64,000 bases of DNA, from positions 310,001-374,000 of the forward strand of contig NW_025767371.1 in the NCBI RefSeq assembly GCF_003918875.1. Reading direction: 5' to 3'. Below, piece by piece: positions 11,221 through 24,235 of the stretch (positions within the stretch are counted from its first letter, which is position 1; every line of letters starts with the position of its first letter). Both the position numbers and the translations under genes were made by a program. Source of the DNA: Haliotis rubra. Lineage: Eukaryota. The notes under the pieces are model-generated. The model worked only from the letters and a program-made list of their open reading frames with translations. It was not told the origin of the DNA and did not search any database.

Positions 11221-13919
11221 GCTGAATATGTACTACAGTCTAGGGATAGCTCCACCTTCCATATGTGTGACTGTCTTTGTGGATTAGAAGGTCATGTAGT
11301 TAGTGGATGTGATATGGGTAACTAGGGCTGCGCAATATAACCGGTTTACCAGTATTTACCGGTTCAGACATGAAAACGATACGTATTGCAATACGCTGAT
11401 CGAAAACCGGTATTTTGACTTGCATTCGGAAAACTTCGTAGCACACGGACATTTTTGGATATTTCCTTGTTTCATTTGTGCCAAATATTATTCACATTTT
11501 TACTTTATCATGATTAAAAGTTGTTATTAAAGCTTAATCAACCATAGTGATTTTGTTGTGTTTTTGCTCTATAAATCAAGCATTAACTTGATTATAAGTA
11601 GTTTTTTTATTTAAAAATACTTCATGCAATATATTGCAATACATATCGCAATACATGCTTTCGCATTGCAATATATGGCAATAGGAAAGTTCTCTGCAAT
11701 ACCCACCCCTATGGGTAATCTGACAAATATGTTCACTCCCTTAGATCATGTTGGGACATTGGTCGTCCTGGGTAAGAGTTATGTCCCTTGGCAATGAAGC
11801 TTATACTGGTCTTTGGTTTGAATCCCAGAATGACACTAATCATCTCTTCATCTCTTGTTGTATATTTACCTTTACTCATTCTTCATGAGATTGTTGTGAT
11901 AATTAATTATCTGATAAGTGACGCTGCTCTCATTGACAACTTCAAGCATTTCAACTCAGACACTAATGCTTCTCACACAATGATTCCATTCAGTCTTATT
12001 CTCTGTCTTATTTTCAAGAATTGTCCAGGCCTGGCACTTATACACCCAGCGACAGCGCACCCTTGTCCATCTGCACAGCTTCCTCACCAACAAAGTGAAC
12101 CATCGCCTCACCCAGTCAGCCTTCCTCACTATGAGATGTCGCATGGACTACTGCCAGGGGCTGACTGATATGGCGGCCAGCCTCCGGGATGGTCGGGACC
12201 AGAGACTGATGCGTGACGCTCTCCGGACCTGGCAGACCAGGCTGGACAACAAGATGGCCGCCCGGTGCTACGGCAAGTTCCTTGTTGTCCGCACAGTGCG
12301 GAAGTGGCGGAGGTTCGTACGACAGCGGAAAGAGGAGCGGAGGATCGAGAGGGAGAAGATGGAGATGGCAGCCAAGCACTACAACAAGAAGCTGTGGTGA
12401 GGGAATCATTAACCTGCTTCCATCATGTCCAGGGACAGCGACTGTAAATCAGGAAATATTGCAAATTGATGTGTTCCCAACCCTCAGATGTGTCATGAAA
12501 TTAAAGCTTCCCTACCTTTTGATGTTAAAACTGCCCTCGAGCAAACTACAGACCTAGGCTTCCATGATATAGTATTGCTGATCTCTCTAAACACAACAAA
12601 ATTATGCTGGATTCAAGCTTTGGATTAGTGGCTTAAGTCACAGACTGTAGAGATTTCAAGTGCTTTCTATCGTGGAAGTGTTATTTATTTTCCAAGATTG
12701 CTGTAACTGTACAGTTAATGTTCACTAAGAAGGTGGGCAGTGTTGTGCTAAGCTTGTAAATATTGTGCCAAGCGCAAGATTGGCAATTGTCATGATTGGT
12801 GCTTGAGCTAAATATAATGCTTCCATGGATGGCACTATGTGCCTTGTTGTCATTGCAGTCGAATGGCTCTGAGAGGGCTGCACAACGAGCTGCATGTGAA
12901 GCACCAGCAACAACGTCGACAGAACAGATTGGTTGACAAGTACGCCAGACAGTGGAAAAGACAGACAGACCTTGCATACACTGCCAGATGTGTGGTGAGT
13001 TGTTGCCGTAGTTATATTTATAGACAGACCTCATGCACACAGCCAGATTTGAGGTCAGTCATGCCACACTTATACAGAACAATACATGCTATATTTATGT
13101 AAATATGCAGATTCATGGAATCAATGTCTCGAAGACTGTATGGTGATGTGCACATAAGACATCATGGGTTTTAGGCTCACTTCACTGTATGTTTGTGTGT
13201 TTTAGGAGGAGGAGCGTTTATACAGTCGGATGTGGAATGTGTGGCGTGTAGCTTTCAGTCGCAGGAGAGCCGCTGACCACATTGGAACTTTTGATAGGCG
13301 CCACCTCATATCTCGGGTAAAATAACCTTCCATGTAATAATGTTTGTAAGGCTTTGAATGAAATCAAATCAAGTGAATGTACATTTAGGTTAAGACAATA
13401 AGGCACAAGTGACTTCAAACAAGGCTCAAAATCGTCCTTATGCTGCTTTTATATATGCACATCCAGCCCTTAAAAACACTCCTCAAACGATCAAGTCTGT
13501 CAACCAAGGCCACAACAGCATTTTTATGACAGGGTTCCTCTGTGTATGACTAAAGATTGCCAAATCATTGGACTAACTGCATATTTCAGTGAGTCATATC
13601 TGTGTGTAATACTTTTGTATCAAAAGGATCATTGAAGTATTAGTGTATAATGAGTTTCAGTGATTATGTGTTCAGGATGTGATAGTACATGTAATATTGT
13701 CACAGAAATTCTCCAGTAAACACATGAATGACTGACCCACAGGTTTTCTCGGCATGGAGGTGCCTGACAGTAAAGAAGCCATCTACACAAAGGTTATCAT
13801 CAATCCCAGTGGCAACATCCATGCTGCTGCACTCAGCGCCAAATGACAGTGGTCACATGGCTCGGTCTTCTCTGATCCCTAGTCTACAGTCCCGTCAGAT
13901 CTACACAAACAGGAAGTGA
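4052..13919 (+). CDS. SFI1-like (centrin-binding Trp-repeat) protein, 3' ~870 codons; 5' exons lie upstream of the window
   Basis: Phase-consistent AG/GT exons: 4052-4142, 4995-5197, 5302-5508, 6056-6199, 6432-6634, 7366-7456, 7799-7916, 8208-8352, 8979-9069, 9675-9845, 10183-10396, 10900-11044, 12019-12396, 12859-12994, 13206-13316, 13743-13919 (TGA). Recurrent basic helical repeats ending F/L-x-x-W (VFDQW, VFRLW, VFCAW, LFGQW, YFSAW, AFETW, VFSAW) about every 30 aa. The frame needs one G removed from the run at 5081-5086. SFI1 cannot be distinguished from related families by eye. Confidence 0.8.
4304..4503 (-). mobile_element. SINE family C fragment (internally deleted), (CTCAC)n tail
   Basis: Matches the head and 3' part of the full copy at 46122-46496. 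Confidence 0.8.
6680..6828 (+). mobile_element. tRNA-derived SINE family B
   Basis: A box TGGCCTAGTGG, B-box-like GGTTCAATTCC, conserved body and gctggaatatt..actcact tail shared with other copies. Confidence 0.8.
7230..7320. repeat. Compound tetranucleotide microsatellite (TGGA/TGGT/TGAT)n
   Basis: Directly visible. Confidence 0.9.
7578..7760. repeat. (CTA/CTT/CTG)n triplet microsatellite with ~39-bp higher-order unit
   Basis: Directly visible; source of the poly-Leu/Ser/Thr ORFs. Confidence 0.9.
8665..8835 (+). mobile_element. SINE family C 3' fragment
   Basis: Reverse complement of the 46122-46315 segment; ends in (CACCT)n. Confidence 0.8.
9114..9363 (-). mobile_element. SINE-like family A (shares 3' tail with family B)
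   Basis: Near-identical copies at 23858-24096, 29795-29990, 49716-49973, 52620-52835 and 58740-58843; (ACTC)n tail on the minus strand. Confidence 0.85.
11323..11711. mobile_element. hAT-type MITE
   Basis: TAGGG...CCCTA termini, 8-bp TSD tgggtaac/tgggtaat, subterminal gcaata repeats. Confidence 0.75.
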
Positions 13920-14194
13920 GGAGGCCACAGACCTCAAGGTCATCCCGATACCAGCCACACCAGGTTGTCCGATAGAAGAGATATCTTCTGATTAAATGAT
14001 ATCACCATCACTCTGTGTGAAAAGACATGGCATCACCTCATGGATAATTGGCTGAAGCATAGAAGCAGGTGGTTTTGGTGTCAGAGGATCAGTAGTTCTG
14101 ACATCTGGTCATATTGCTATGACCATTGCAGATGTATATACCCTGCTGAAAACCTTTCAGTCACACTGGCTGTGTTACACCACTGATAGAGCTG

Positions 14195-14624
14195 GTATTG
14201 TCCTTCACGTTAAGGGTATTACCTCCCTTGGCTAAATTACCCCCCTTGGCACTGGCGAGCAATCCTCACAGTTCATTTCACATAGACACCGTTTTTGAAG
14301 TGGGCAGAACAGAGACGATCATTCTTCAGATTGGCCATAAAGTTTGGGCTCACGCTTTTTATTCTTTGCAGCGATGCAGCGTGGACCGATTTATCTGCTG
14401 GAAATCTATGAAGGCTAATCACCTTGCCATTCTCTATTTCCCCACCATAGTTGGAACACACACAGCAGTAATGTCTGTTTCAAGTTTTCACTTTTGACTG
14501 GTGATTATTAGAAGTGGCCTTATTGCTCGCCGGGAAATAAAGTCACACTGTTTTCACAACAAAAGAGTACACAAGGGAGGTAATAATTCAGGGGAGGTAA
14601 GACCCTTATCAAAAAGGACTATAG
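14195..14624 (-). mobile_element. Non-autonomous DNA transposon carrying a THAP zinc-finger remnant
   Basis: Imperfect ~50-bp TIRs (gtcct..taagggt.ttacctccc). Minus frame HYCCVCSN...SLHRFP...RLCSAHF matches the THAP C2CH signature. Confidence 0.7.
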
Positions 14625-14931
14625 CATGATATCAGTAATACATTGCTCCAAATAGTCTGCTTGTGGAGTGGTTGGATATTTATAGGGGAGTTAACTATAG
14701 ATCATAATGGTGCCTATGTAAACTGTAAATCATTGAAGCATTTCTGTGATAAGGGTGCTATGATATTTCAGATGTTTTTTAACATCGTGTACTGTGTTTA
14801 CATCTTGTAGTAGAATTTGTTATGTGTTATCTATTGTTTGTCTATTTATTTCGTATTAGTAATATTATTATGATTGAAGGGTAAGATGATTTGTCTCAAA
14901 ATGTGACACATGTATATTGTTAATACATGTA

Positions 14932-15499
14932 CAGTCGGGCACTGTTGTCTCGATATTCAGGGGACCAAGACAAAATATCGAGTTATCCGAACTTCGAGAC
15001 ATCCGACCAGGGCATATCGTCACATATCACTATGAAAGAAAACAAAACGTTTCTCAGTATGTTTTGATTCAAAACTATAATCTGTTATCAGTCGTGTTTA
15101 GTCGTAACAGTGAGTACTTCCTAATTAATTCCTTCTTCATTAATCCTAATTACATAACAAACAGGTGACACCTTCAACTCAATTAACCCTAATTAGTTTA
15201 CACTACCACATCCCTTTGATTCATGCCGCACCATGTGTAAACGTGTGGAAACAACCTCAGTTCAGACGGATACTTGCCCATGAATATCAAGTTTCTTTGC
15301 AAATATTAAGTTAAAAGGGTAATTTTGCTTGTTGGGACCATGAAATTATATCGAGATATCCGAAATATTGAGACATCCGTATCGAGTTAAAAGAGCTTGA
15401 ATGATGATAAATTATGAAGGATTTTGCCAGGACCAAGATGCTATATCGAGACAACCAAGATATCGAGTTATCAGAGTTCGGCACGACGGTGCTCGACTG
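14932..15499. mobile_element. Tc1/pogo-type MITE
   Basis: TA TSDs; TIRs cagtcgggcactgttgt / acgacggtgctcgactg; subterminal atatcgag repeats. Confidence 0.8.
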
Positions 15500-16811
15500 T
15501 ATATTGTTTATGAAAATGGAAATTAGTCACATGGAGTTATCTGTATTTGTCACTGCAATGTACATTGTAATGTATTCAAAAGTCTGTTATTAGAATTAGA
15601 TATATGAGTTGCTTGTATCACACAGATCCTGAAGACATGTCTATATTTGTATAGGTTCTAGTGGGCTTTTTGTTCACTGTAAATCTGTAGGAGGTTTGAC
15701 TCTGCAAGATAGAGAGACAGATTTTTCCAAGATATTATACTTAGCAGTCATCGGGCAGGCAACCTAGAAAACATTTTCTATTTTGTTCAAAATTTCTCTT
15801 TCTTCAGGTCCTTTGCTTAAATTCAGAGGTATTTTAACTTATACTGAGATTGTATTCATTGCAGTCACATGAAACTAAGTATTGAAACTGATGTAAGTTG
15901 TACCGGGTATTGAAAGTTTGCTGATGACTTGTAGCCAAATATTGGGCTCTGAGCAGATCTCGTTAAATCCCAAGGAGTTGACTTGGTTATTTTAAAATCA
16001 AAACTGCAAGTGCCATTCAGAATTCCATATGTGATATGTTTGTTTGTGTAAATATTTAGTTTATAGCACAGCATGACAGTTGAAATTTTGTTAAAGTTGT
16101 TGGTAAGTTGTACAATTACACAAACAAGTGGCTGGAAGTGATCAGGTTGATGTAGATTTCACAGTTTCTTCATTTGAGCACTTATGAGAATCAATATAGG
16201 GTGCTACTATATGTTTACTTGAATGTGTATGAAATGTAAAGTCATGCAACCAAGTTCTTACATAAGGCAAAATTCCTCTCTGTGTTTGGTGAGATTGTGC
16301 TGATGTCACCAGGAAGTGTTTAAGTGCGATGACAGTGTTTTGTTGTCTGACCAGTCTCTACCACAATATAGCACCCAATATTAGTCATTTTGTCATCTGT
16401 CTCAACCAGGAAGTCACATGGTGATCTGCACTGCAGTGGGTGTGCACTGAATTATAATTTCAATAAGGAAGAATTTTGAAAAACACTTCAAGTAAAAAAT
16501 GAATCTAAGTATGAGATTGTGTTAGTGCTCAGTATATAAACTGACAGCAACAATAGTGTTAGTGTGCTTTTAGGGATTGAAACATAGTAACATCTGTGAC
16601 CACTTTCTGTCCCCGCTGGCAACGTTCAACAACGTGAGTTACAGAGCTGAGAGCCCATTGTGGACTGGGGTTATTGCTGTAACTACCTCTTAACATTGGT
16701 CCAGCAACTTACAACACATGAACTTCCTAACTGTGCAGTATATCAAACACGAAGGAGCTCACTATAGATTTGTTGTGGCTATCTGCTTCTGCATACTTCC
16801 TATGTTTTAGC

Positions 16812-16955
16812 GTGGCGATGGGCTAGCCTAGAGGTTAAAACGTAGACTCGTCACGTCAAAGACCCGTGTTCGATTCCCCACATGGGTTCAATGTGTGAAG
16901 CCTATTTCTGGAGTCCCTCACTGTGACATTGCTGGAATATTGCCAAAAGCTATGT
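16812..16955 (+). mobile_element. tRNA-derived SINE family B
   Basis: A/B boxes and conserved body. Confidence 0.75.
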
Positions 16956-18454
16956 TTTAGCTTAATACACAGCCATTTATGTTTTGAGTATCTGAAATGT
17001 ATTGTATTTCTATGTGCAACAGTGTCGTGCATTTGTATTGTGTATTTTCAACAACATCTACGATCCTCAAACATGATGTTACCTTTTTAATCATAATCAG
17101 TTTCTGTCCTGTTGGACTTTTCATCAGTAAAAAATAAATATTTTGCTGATAGTTCCTTCCAAGATATTCCAGCAAGATGTGTGCAGCAATACTGTGTTTC
17201 TGTTTCACTGTGTGCCCCAACACATTGTTGATCATCCTTCACTGTGATAGCGTCCTTTGTGCCAAACATGAGCTGTCTCTCACTTGTTTTATACATTCAT
17301 CTGTGTTTAATAAATAGATACTCATCAAGTGTGTTTGTGTCGTCATATTTTGCCAGAAAAAGTCTTTTTGTTTCAACTGGAGATGTTTAAACATTCTCAA
17401 CTCTCATTTGTGCTGCTCATTTTGATTTGAGATTCATTTGTAATCACATACATTGTAATTACTCTGATCATATTCACTGATTGCTGGCTGTAAATGGAAT
17501 CCATATAATTACGATGAAAGAAGGGAGCTTTTGAGTTATATATTCTGATGAACTTTTTGGAAGCCATCAGGTGTGTTTATGGTTCAGTAGCAGTTTGTGT
17601 TACTTACTAGTGTGAAAAAAAGTCTCTCATAGACACCCTTCACTTCGTGAACAATTACACATTGGTATAGTGATAGATTACTATTGGCAGTACCGCTTGT
17701 TGCTATTCCTAAAATGCGTAAGGTAGATGAATGGCATTTCGCTTACAGGATATCTTCTTGAAACATGGAGAAAATAACTAAAATTTAAAAAGAATTTAAT
17801 ACAGGTCACCAACAATGAACACTTCAAAGAAACTGAAATGAACATGAATGTATCTCAAAAGAAGCTGGCTGTTCTCAAATGCAAACATGCCAGTGAATTT
17901 AGATCTAGTAGCTAATTCAGTCAAACATTAAAAACAGTAGGATTGAATATACTCATTCAGTAACAGAATTTGAGATTAAGTAACAGAATTTGAGATCACC
18001 TCTATTCCAACATTAGAGGACCTGTTCTTGCCATACACTATGATACAGAAGCTGATCCTACAAACAAAACGGAAGGTTTTGGAGAACATAACAATTCAAC
18101 CTCTCATTATATGAGATATATCAAATATGCTCTAAAAGCAATATAATGTTATTGCTTTTATAAGCATTTGTATGAATGACAACATCTAATCATCTATGGA
18201 ATTAATTATCTTCTCATTGCTTTAAGGGTACTTTCGACTGACATCAGATCCATTATATGAGTGTTGAATACAGGATTTTCTTTGTGGAATGTCTTAAGGT
18301 AAAGTTCGTTAAAGAACATATGAACAGAGCTCAGTTGATCCTCCGCTGCTGGAAGTAGAAAAAAGTGTCCTTGATTATATCATTCCTCTGTTTGCCTCGT
18401 AAAAGGTCTTCCTGGAGGTGGTAGAAGTTGGAAGGTTGTCGCCCTTCACTGAAA

Positions 18455-20272
18455 TCAACAGCATTGATATTGATGTTTGGGAAGTTGTTCTGCATCCAGT
18501 TGAGGAACCTCGGGTGTTGGGAAATCAGTCTTCTTCAGGAGGGCTTCCATGAAGTACATATCCTTACTTTGGAATATGTTGACAGGGATAGTGTAGGACT
18601 TTGATATCTGTGTTATGTTTTCATTCTCTTGTATCAGATGATCAATGTACCAGGAGATCATATGACGAGGTTTAAGAGTGTGGACATTTGTGGAAATCTG
18701 ATACTTCTCTGCAGCTTTGTTGCAAACACTTGGTGCCAGTTTTGCAGATTTGGCAACATGCTGATAAGGATTATTAACGTTGATCTCCTCTGAACTTGTT
18801 CTCAGCATTCTCTTGGCAGCTTTGGTTGTTTCTCTCATACATTCAGGATTAGATGGCATTCTTCTCTGGGAGATTGTGCCCTGGACACCTGGCTGGTTGA
18901 TCCTGGGGGACATATCCAGTGGAGCAGATTGCTGAGTAGGACCATACATGTGTGTCAGTGGAACCTGGGCCCTCTGGGAATCTACTGGTATCATTCTTTC
19001 TCCTTCAGGAGTTGCATTCCAGTTCCTGTCTAGAAGCTGATCCTGATTATACATCAGTCTAGCTGGAGGCACAGTAGGCACATTGTTTGTCAACCATCGT
19101 ATGTGTTCAGGTTCAAGATGTCTTGATCTGTCTTGTCCATAGAAAGAAGGTGGTTCTTGAACATTTTGGTAACCCGGTACAGGAACCTGGAAGAAGTTGC
19201 TCTGACTTTCACTTGGCATTGAGACTCTTCTTCCTCCAACATCAGGAGTAGAGCTAGCCAATGGACATCCAAAGGATGTGTCTGTACCTGGCTGGCTCCA
19301 GCCTGAATGAGCTGTTTTACCAAGAGAACCTGATATTTGAAGCCGAGCCTGATCAAGGGTGTGGTGTTGCAATGCTGACATTTGCTGAGACATAGTCTGC
19401 CCAAGAGAATCAATGCCTGGAGCTGAATCATAGACACAGTTGTCTACAGGAGCAAACAAGATCTCCGTGACAGATTGCTGGGAACACCTGTTCTGCAGCT
19501 GGTGAAACATGTCATGACCTTGAGCATTGCGATAAGGAATCGGCTGACTAAGAGACTTCATTTCAGGGACTGTCCTTGGATTCCTTGTGTTCAGAGCATG
19601 ATTTGCATTGTTATCAAAAGCCATGTGAGTAGACTCAAAGGAGAGTGATGTGATAAATTCATTGGCATCTGATGTTGACCTTACTCCAGGTTGTGAAGGT
19701 TTTAAAGTGGTGATTGAATGGTCTGGGCCACCAGTTTGGAGGGAGTTGTCCTGGGTTACAGACCTTTCTTTGTAGATTGAATTGAAGTTCTCAGGGTTGG
19801 AAGCCTCAAATGAAGATCCTGAGGTTGAAGGATCCAAACTTTTATTGCTATTCTGGAGACTGATTTCATCAATACTTTCTTCAGTTCCATCAGTAGAATA
19901 TGTTTTGCCATTTTGTGCAGCATTACCATTTGTACTCACACTGCTCTCTGACATTCCCGGATACTTTGTTGCACAAGGATTCATCATGATAACTCCTGTG
20001 TGGCTGCCTTCAACTGACAGATTGTTATTGTTACAGTTCAGGGGTCCTTCTTTGGTTTGTTCATTTTCACAACTGGTGCTGACATGTTGATGTCCCTTTT
20101 GTGATGATTCTATGTTGTTCATGGAAGCACTTTTGCTGTTGCAATCCTCAATTTCTATCTTGATTTTGACATTGCCAATGTCTTCACCTGGCTGTTGACA
20201 CTTGTCTCTTATAGCTGCACCCTCTGCCCCAGATGTGTTGCACAGTAACAGAAGGTTGCCACAGTTTTCCAT
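18455..20272 (-). CDS. Uncharacterised protein encoded by one large exon (~605 aa from ATG 20272; probably extends to 18331 across a 1-bp indel)
   Basis: 1.8-kb open frame in AT-rich DNA, preceded by acceptor tttcAG at ~20288. S/Q/P/N-rich low-complexity body with a more ordered C-terminus. No recognisable domain. Confidence 0.75.
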   Translation of the reverse strand: MENCGNLLLLCNTSGAEGAAIRDKCQQPGEDIGNVKIKIEIEDCNSKSASMNNIESSQKGHQHVSTSCENEQTKEGPLNCNNNNLSVEGSHTGVIMMNPCATKYPGMSESSVSTNGNAAQNGKTYSTDGTEESIDEISLQNSNKSLDPSTSGSSFEASNPENFNSIYKERSVTQDNSLQTGGPDHSITTLKPSQPGVRSTSDANEFITSLSFESTHMAFDNNANHALNTRNPRTVPEMKSLSQPIPYRNAQGHDMFHQLQNRCSQQSVTEILFAPVDNCVYDSAPGIDSLGQTMSQQMSALQHHTLDQARLQISGSLGKTAHSGWSQPGTDTSFGCPLASSTPDVGGRRVSMPSESQSNFFQVPVPGYQNVQEPPSFYGQDRSRHLEPEHIRWLTNNVPTVPPARLMYNQDQLLDRNWNATPEGERMIPVDSQRAQVPLTHMYGPTQQSAPLDMSPRINQPGVQGTISQRRMPSNPECMRETTKAAKRMLRTSSEEINVNNPYQHVAKSAKLAPSVCNKAAEKYQISTNVHTLKPRHMISWYIDHLIQENENITQISKSYTIPVNIFQSKDMYFMEALLKKTDFPTPEVPQLDAEQLPKHQYQCC

Positions 20273-21062
20273 TTCAAGTTGAGAACTCTGAAACATATAT
20301 ACAAGCTGTCATTACATCTACATATTTATAAATATGCTCAGGGAAATCTAATCGAAATATTTGGACTTGATTGTATCAATTCTCATTCCTCTGTCAACAA
20401 GAATGAACACTGTTGGGGTTTGTGGTTAAAACTAGTCTCCAGAAACTTCTACTTCATGTTAAACCCTTCACTCAGCAATATTCCAGTAAGTGACATATAG
20501 GTGACTGGTGGGCAGTAACATGGACTGCTGAATGTGCATGCAGTCACATATATTTCTTACGTGTGACTTCACGGTTATAAATTTAAAAAAGAAACTTTTT
20601 TAAAGCGTAACAGTCTATTAAACTAGGGGTAATCTAATTTAAATGTGAATTATGGTACAACTCCATATATTGTACCAGGGAGACTCTATAAGGGGGTGTT
20701 GTAGAGTATCCCTGATTGTACCATGTGTGTATTTCACTGGTAAACTGATCCGGAATGACCCTTCAGTTTAACGCAACCTTTTTCAAACGACCTCATAAAT
20801 GTTTGAACTAAACAAATCTGTCTGAAATGGTGCAACACTCCTTAGATTTGGACATGCTAAAATTGTAAAAAGGACCGTATTCTGTTGACAACATCAGTCC
20901 CCCACTTTCCGCCCACGAATATAATGATGTTACAGCCAATGTTATGCAAATCTATATTTGATTGTTAAAATTTACGGGAAGTATTTTTGGGAAGAAACAA
21001 AATATATCTCTTGAAATGCTTTCTTTGCATAGCAAAGATTTACATGACGCTGTGTTATGCTA

Positions 21063-21553
21063 CAGTAGTTGGCCATAAGTTAGTCATTAGTGAAATTCCC
21101 ACAGACTTGCATGTTGATTAACTCTTGCAAGAATAATTTTCATAAATTTAGTTTCCGTCGAATTTCTTTCAATACTTATCTACCAGATAGGAAATCGTCT
21201 TAGCTACATACACATAATTTCCATTCAATTTTCCGATGATTATTAAGAAAACTGCAACTATTATTAACCAACATATATTAGACATACCAGTCAGGTTTAA
21301 CATGGCTGTCTATGGGATAGATTAAAATTAAGTTGTACTTATGGTGCTTAATCAGGTGTCATTCGGTAACTAACCAACGGAAAGATGAAAGAAAATTGTG
21401 TACAGGTAGCTGAAGATGATTTCCAAGATGTTTGCAAAATATCAAAATAAAATGACTTCTACTCAATTTATGAAAATCATTCTTGCAGCAGTTAATTAAC
21501 ATGTAAGTCTATGGAAGTTTCATCAATGATGACTCACTTATGGCCAACTACTG
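21063..21553. mobile_element. Tc1/mariner-type MITE
   Basis: TIR cagtagttggccataag / cttatggccaactactg with TA TSDs. Confidence 0.85.
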
Positions 21554-22699
21554 TAGTATTCGTTTGAAAATACGCGCTACCGTTGCTGTCTTGTTTCCCA
21601 ATTTATTGATCCTTTCGTTATCATGTATGAAATGAAATATGGAGCGATCTCATAAACAAAATGCCAAAATGAAGTCTCTTCCAAAATCTATTTGTTTGTT
21701 AATTGATTCAGATCATGAGGAATTATCACATGAATTCTCGTACCGTCATAGACGTTTCAACGCTGGTTTTGCCGTCTGCTATGATGAATTATGGGAAATA
21801 TTTCGCCGGATGCAGACCGCTAAATAATTATTTTGATATTGCCGATTTTAGATATGCGACCGTTTGAAGTAATTAGCATGCAAGTACAGTTCTGGCACTA
21901 AACGAATATTTTAATGCCGCTTTAAAATTTACAACCATACATAGTTTTTGGTCCATAGTATCATGCTAACTTGTTACATACTCGTTCGTATCGCAAGTTA
22001 CCCTGTTCATGTCTTCTGCATCTTTATCTGCCGTTAAAAAAAATATGACAGAGATATCATTTAGAAATCCTTTGTAAAGAGAGAAAATTACACGTTTTCA
22101 CAAATAAGAATGAAACGACTGGTATTGGAAAATGTGCGTTTCTTCAAGTGCCATACGCTGGTTCTAATCACAATTTTTAACGGACACTATAATATTAAAG
22201 GTAACGTTGCTTCCGTGATGCCTAACGATAACCACAACTCACAACAGGATTTGTCAGTCACTCTTCTCAAATATTAATGCTTCAAATTAACCTTTTACAA
22301 TTTTTACCCTCAAATAAAACTGTTCCTGCAATAGTCGCGTTGCTCACGTGAAAACATCCTCAAGGTTGTTGTTGTTGTTTAACGCCACTCTCAGCAATTT
22401 GAAGGTTGCTTATAAAATTAAAAACCAAAACCCCCGAAAAAATCAACCCCAATAAAAAACACCAACATATGTATGTTTTGAATCCTATTTTGAGAGTTGT
22501 TAAATTGCTCCATATGAATGCGTGGTTCATGTAACAATATATTTTTTCTCATAATTTACATAGATTGTTACATACAGTTTTTTGTATATGGTAAGTACGA
22601 AAACAAAACAACATTCCACTTTTTGAAATGGTAACATATTTTACAAACACAATAAAACAACCTCAAATATAAATTTGGCAACAGTTTACTTGCACTATG

Positions 22700-23150
22700 A
22701 TAGGAATAAGCAAAAAAACCAAGTTCAACAACGCCAGAAAGCATGGATACCATGACTACACCACCCATTCTCCCTAAAGTTTGGTAACTGTATGACGCCA
22801 CCATATCAGTACCTGTTGTAAACAGCAGTCGCTCCTCATACTGGCAGACAAGTGTCGTATTCTCATTCCTCATGGACTGCCTGCACCAATTCCTGCAGAT
22901 TTTGAACAGGTGGTCCTCGGCTCGAACTTGGCCTCCACGAAAGTCCCAGAGATGTTGGATGGGCCCCATCGGGACCCATCGGGACCCCTTCTGTAAATGG
23001 GCAATGAGGGCTCTAGAACGGCGAGGTCTTGCATTGCCATCTGTGATTACCGGACTACTTGTAAGGGGATGGTTGTCAAAATGTGGCACGACTGCGGTAT
23101 CCAGAATTTCCTCTTGTAATGTAGATCGTTCAGTATCCCAGGTACTGTAA
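22700..23150 (-). mobile_element. Degenerate Tc1 transposase remnant
   Basis: DGNARPRR (cf. QDNARPH) and PIQHLWD (cf. PIEHxWD) in a minus frame. Confidence 0.65.
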
Positions 23151-23857
23151 TTAGTAGTTGTCTTACTAAACCCCAGACCATTACTAAGTCACTACCAAAG
23201 GGTTTAGCTTACATGGATTATCAAACCCCAGGCCATCACTGAGTCACTACCAAAGGGTTTGGCTACATGGATCAGTGAGTGAGTATGGTTTTACGCCGCT
23301 TTTAGCAATATTAGAACAATATCGGAGGGGGACACCAGAAATACATTGTACCCATGATATGGGGAATCGAACCCGGGGCTTGATGCTGGTGGAGAGTGGG
23401 ACTCGCTCTCTCCAATGCCGGTGCAGTTTTTCGGCGTGAGTCATTGAATTGCGTCTTACATGCCTATAATCACAGTCTTTGGTCTTCATCGGTCTTTCAG
23501 TAACATCCATGTGGTTAATGGTTCGACCACAACATTGATTATAGATAAGCAAATGCTACGGTCAAAGGCGAGCATCACGTGCAATACGTGTACTCCTCAT
23601 TGATTTCGTTGTTGATAAGCAATATTGGGCCACCTCAGCTGACAATAGCTCAGGGTATTGGTATATGCGGAATGCTGGTAAGTGAATTAGGGCTATTGCC
23701 AGAGATGTTAGTTTTTTGTCCATCGACTATCAGCCAACTGGCCAGACAACATCAGCAAACTTTTGACGTGAGGACTGCAGGAGTTTAGGTCATCCACGAG
23801 TGACCTATTGCTCGGGTTTTTGTTAAGTTTGGTGCTACGACTTTTTCTGTAAATATT

Positions 23858-24096
23858 AGTGAGTGAGTTCAGTTTTACGCCGCACTCAGCAATATTCCAG
23901 CTATACGGCGGCGGTCTATCAATAATCGAGACTGGACTAGACAATCCAGTGATTAACAGAATGAGCATCGATCTGCGCAGTTGTGAACCGATGACATGTG
24001 TCAACCAAGTCAGCAAGCCTGACCACCCGATCCTCGCCTCTTACGACAAGCATGGGTTACTAAAGATCAATATTCTAACCCGGATCTTCACGAGTT
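23858..24096 (-). mobile_element. SINE-like family A
   Basis: Copy of 9114-9363. Confidence 0.85.
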
Positions 24097-24235
24097 CTGT
24101 AAATAATAATGTAATGAAGGAATGTGTATTTTAAGAAACTACTTTGGACCTTGTAATTAATGTGTAATATGCAGCATGTCGGGTTTCTGCTCACCGTTCA
24201 ACGCGGCCTTGACCAAGTCACTCACTCACTCACTA

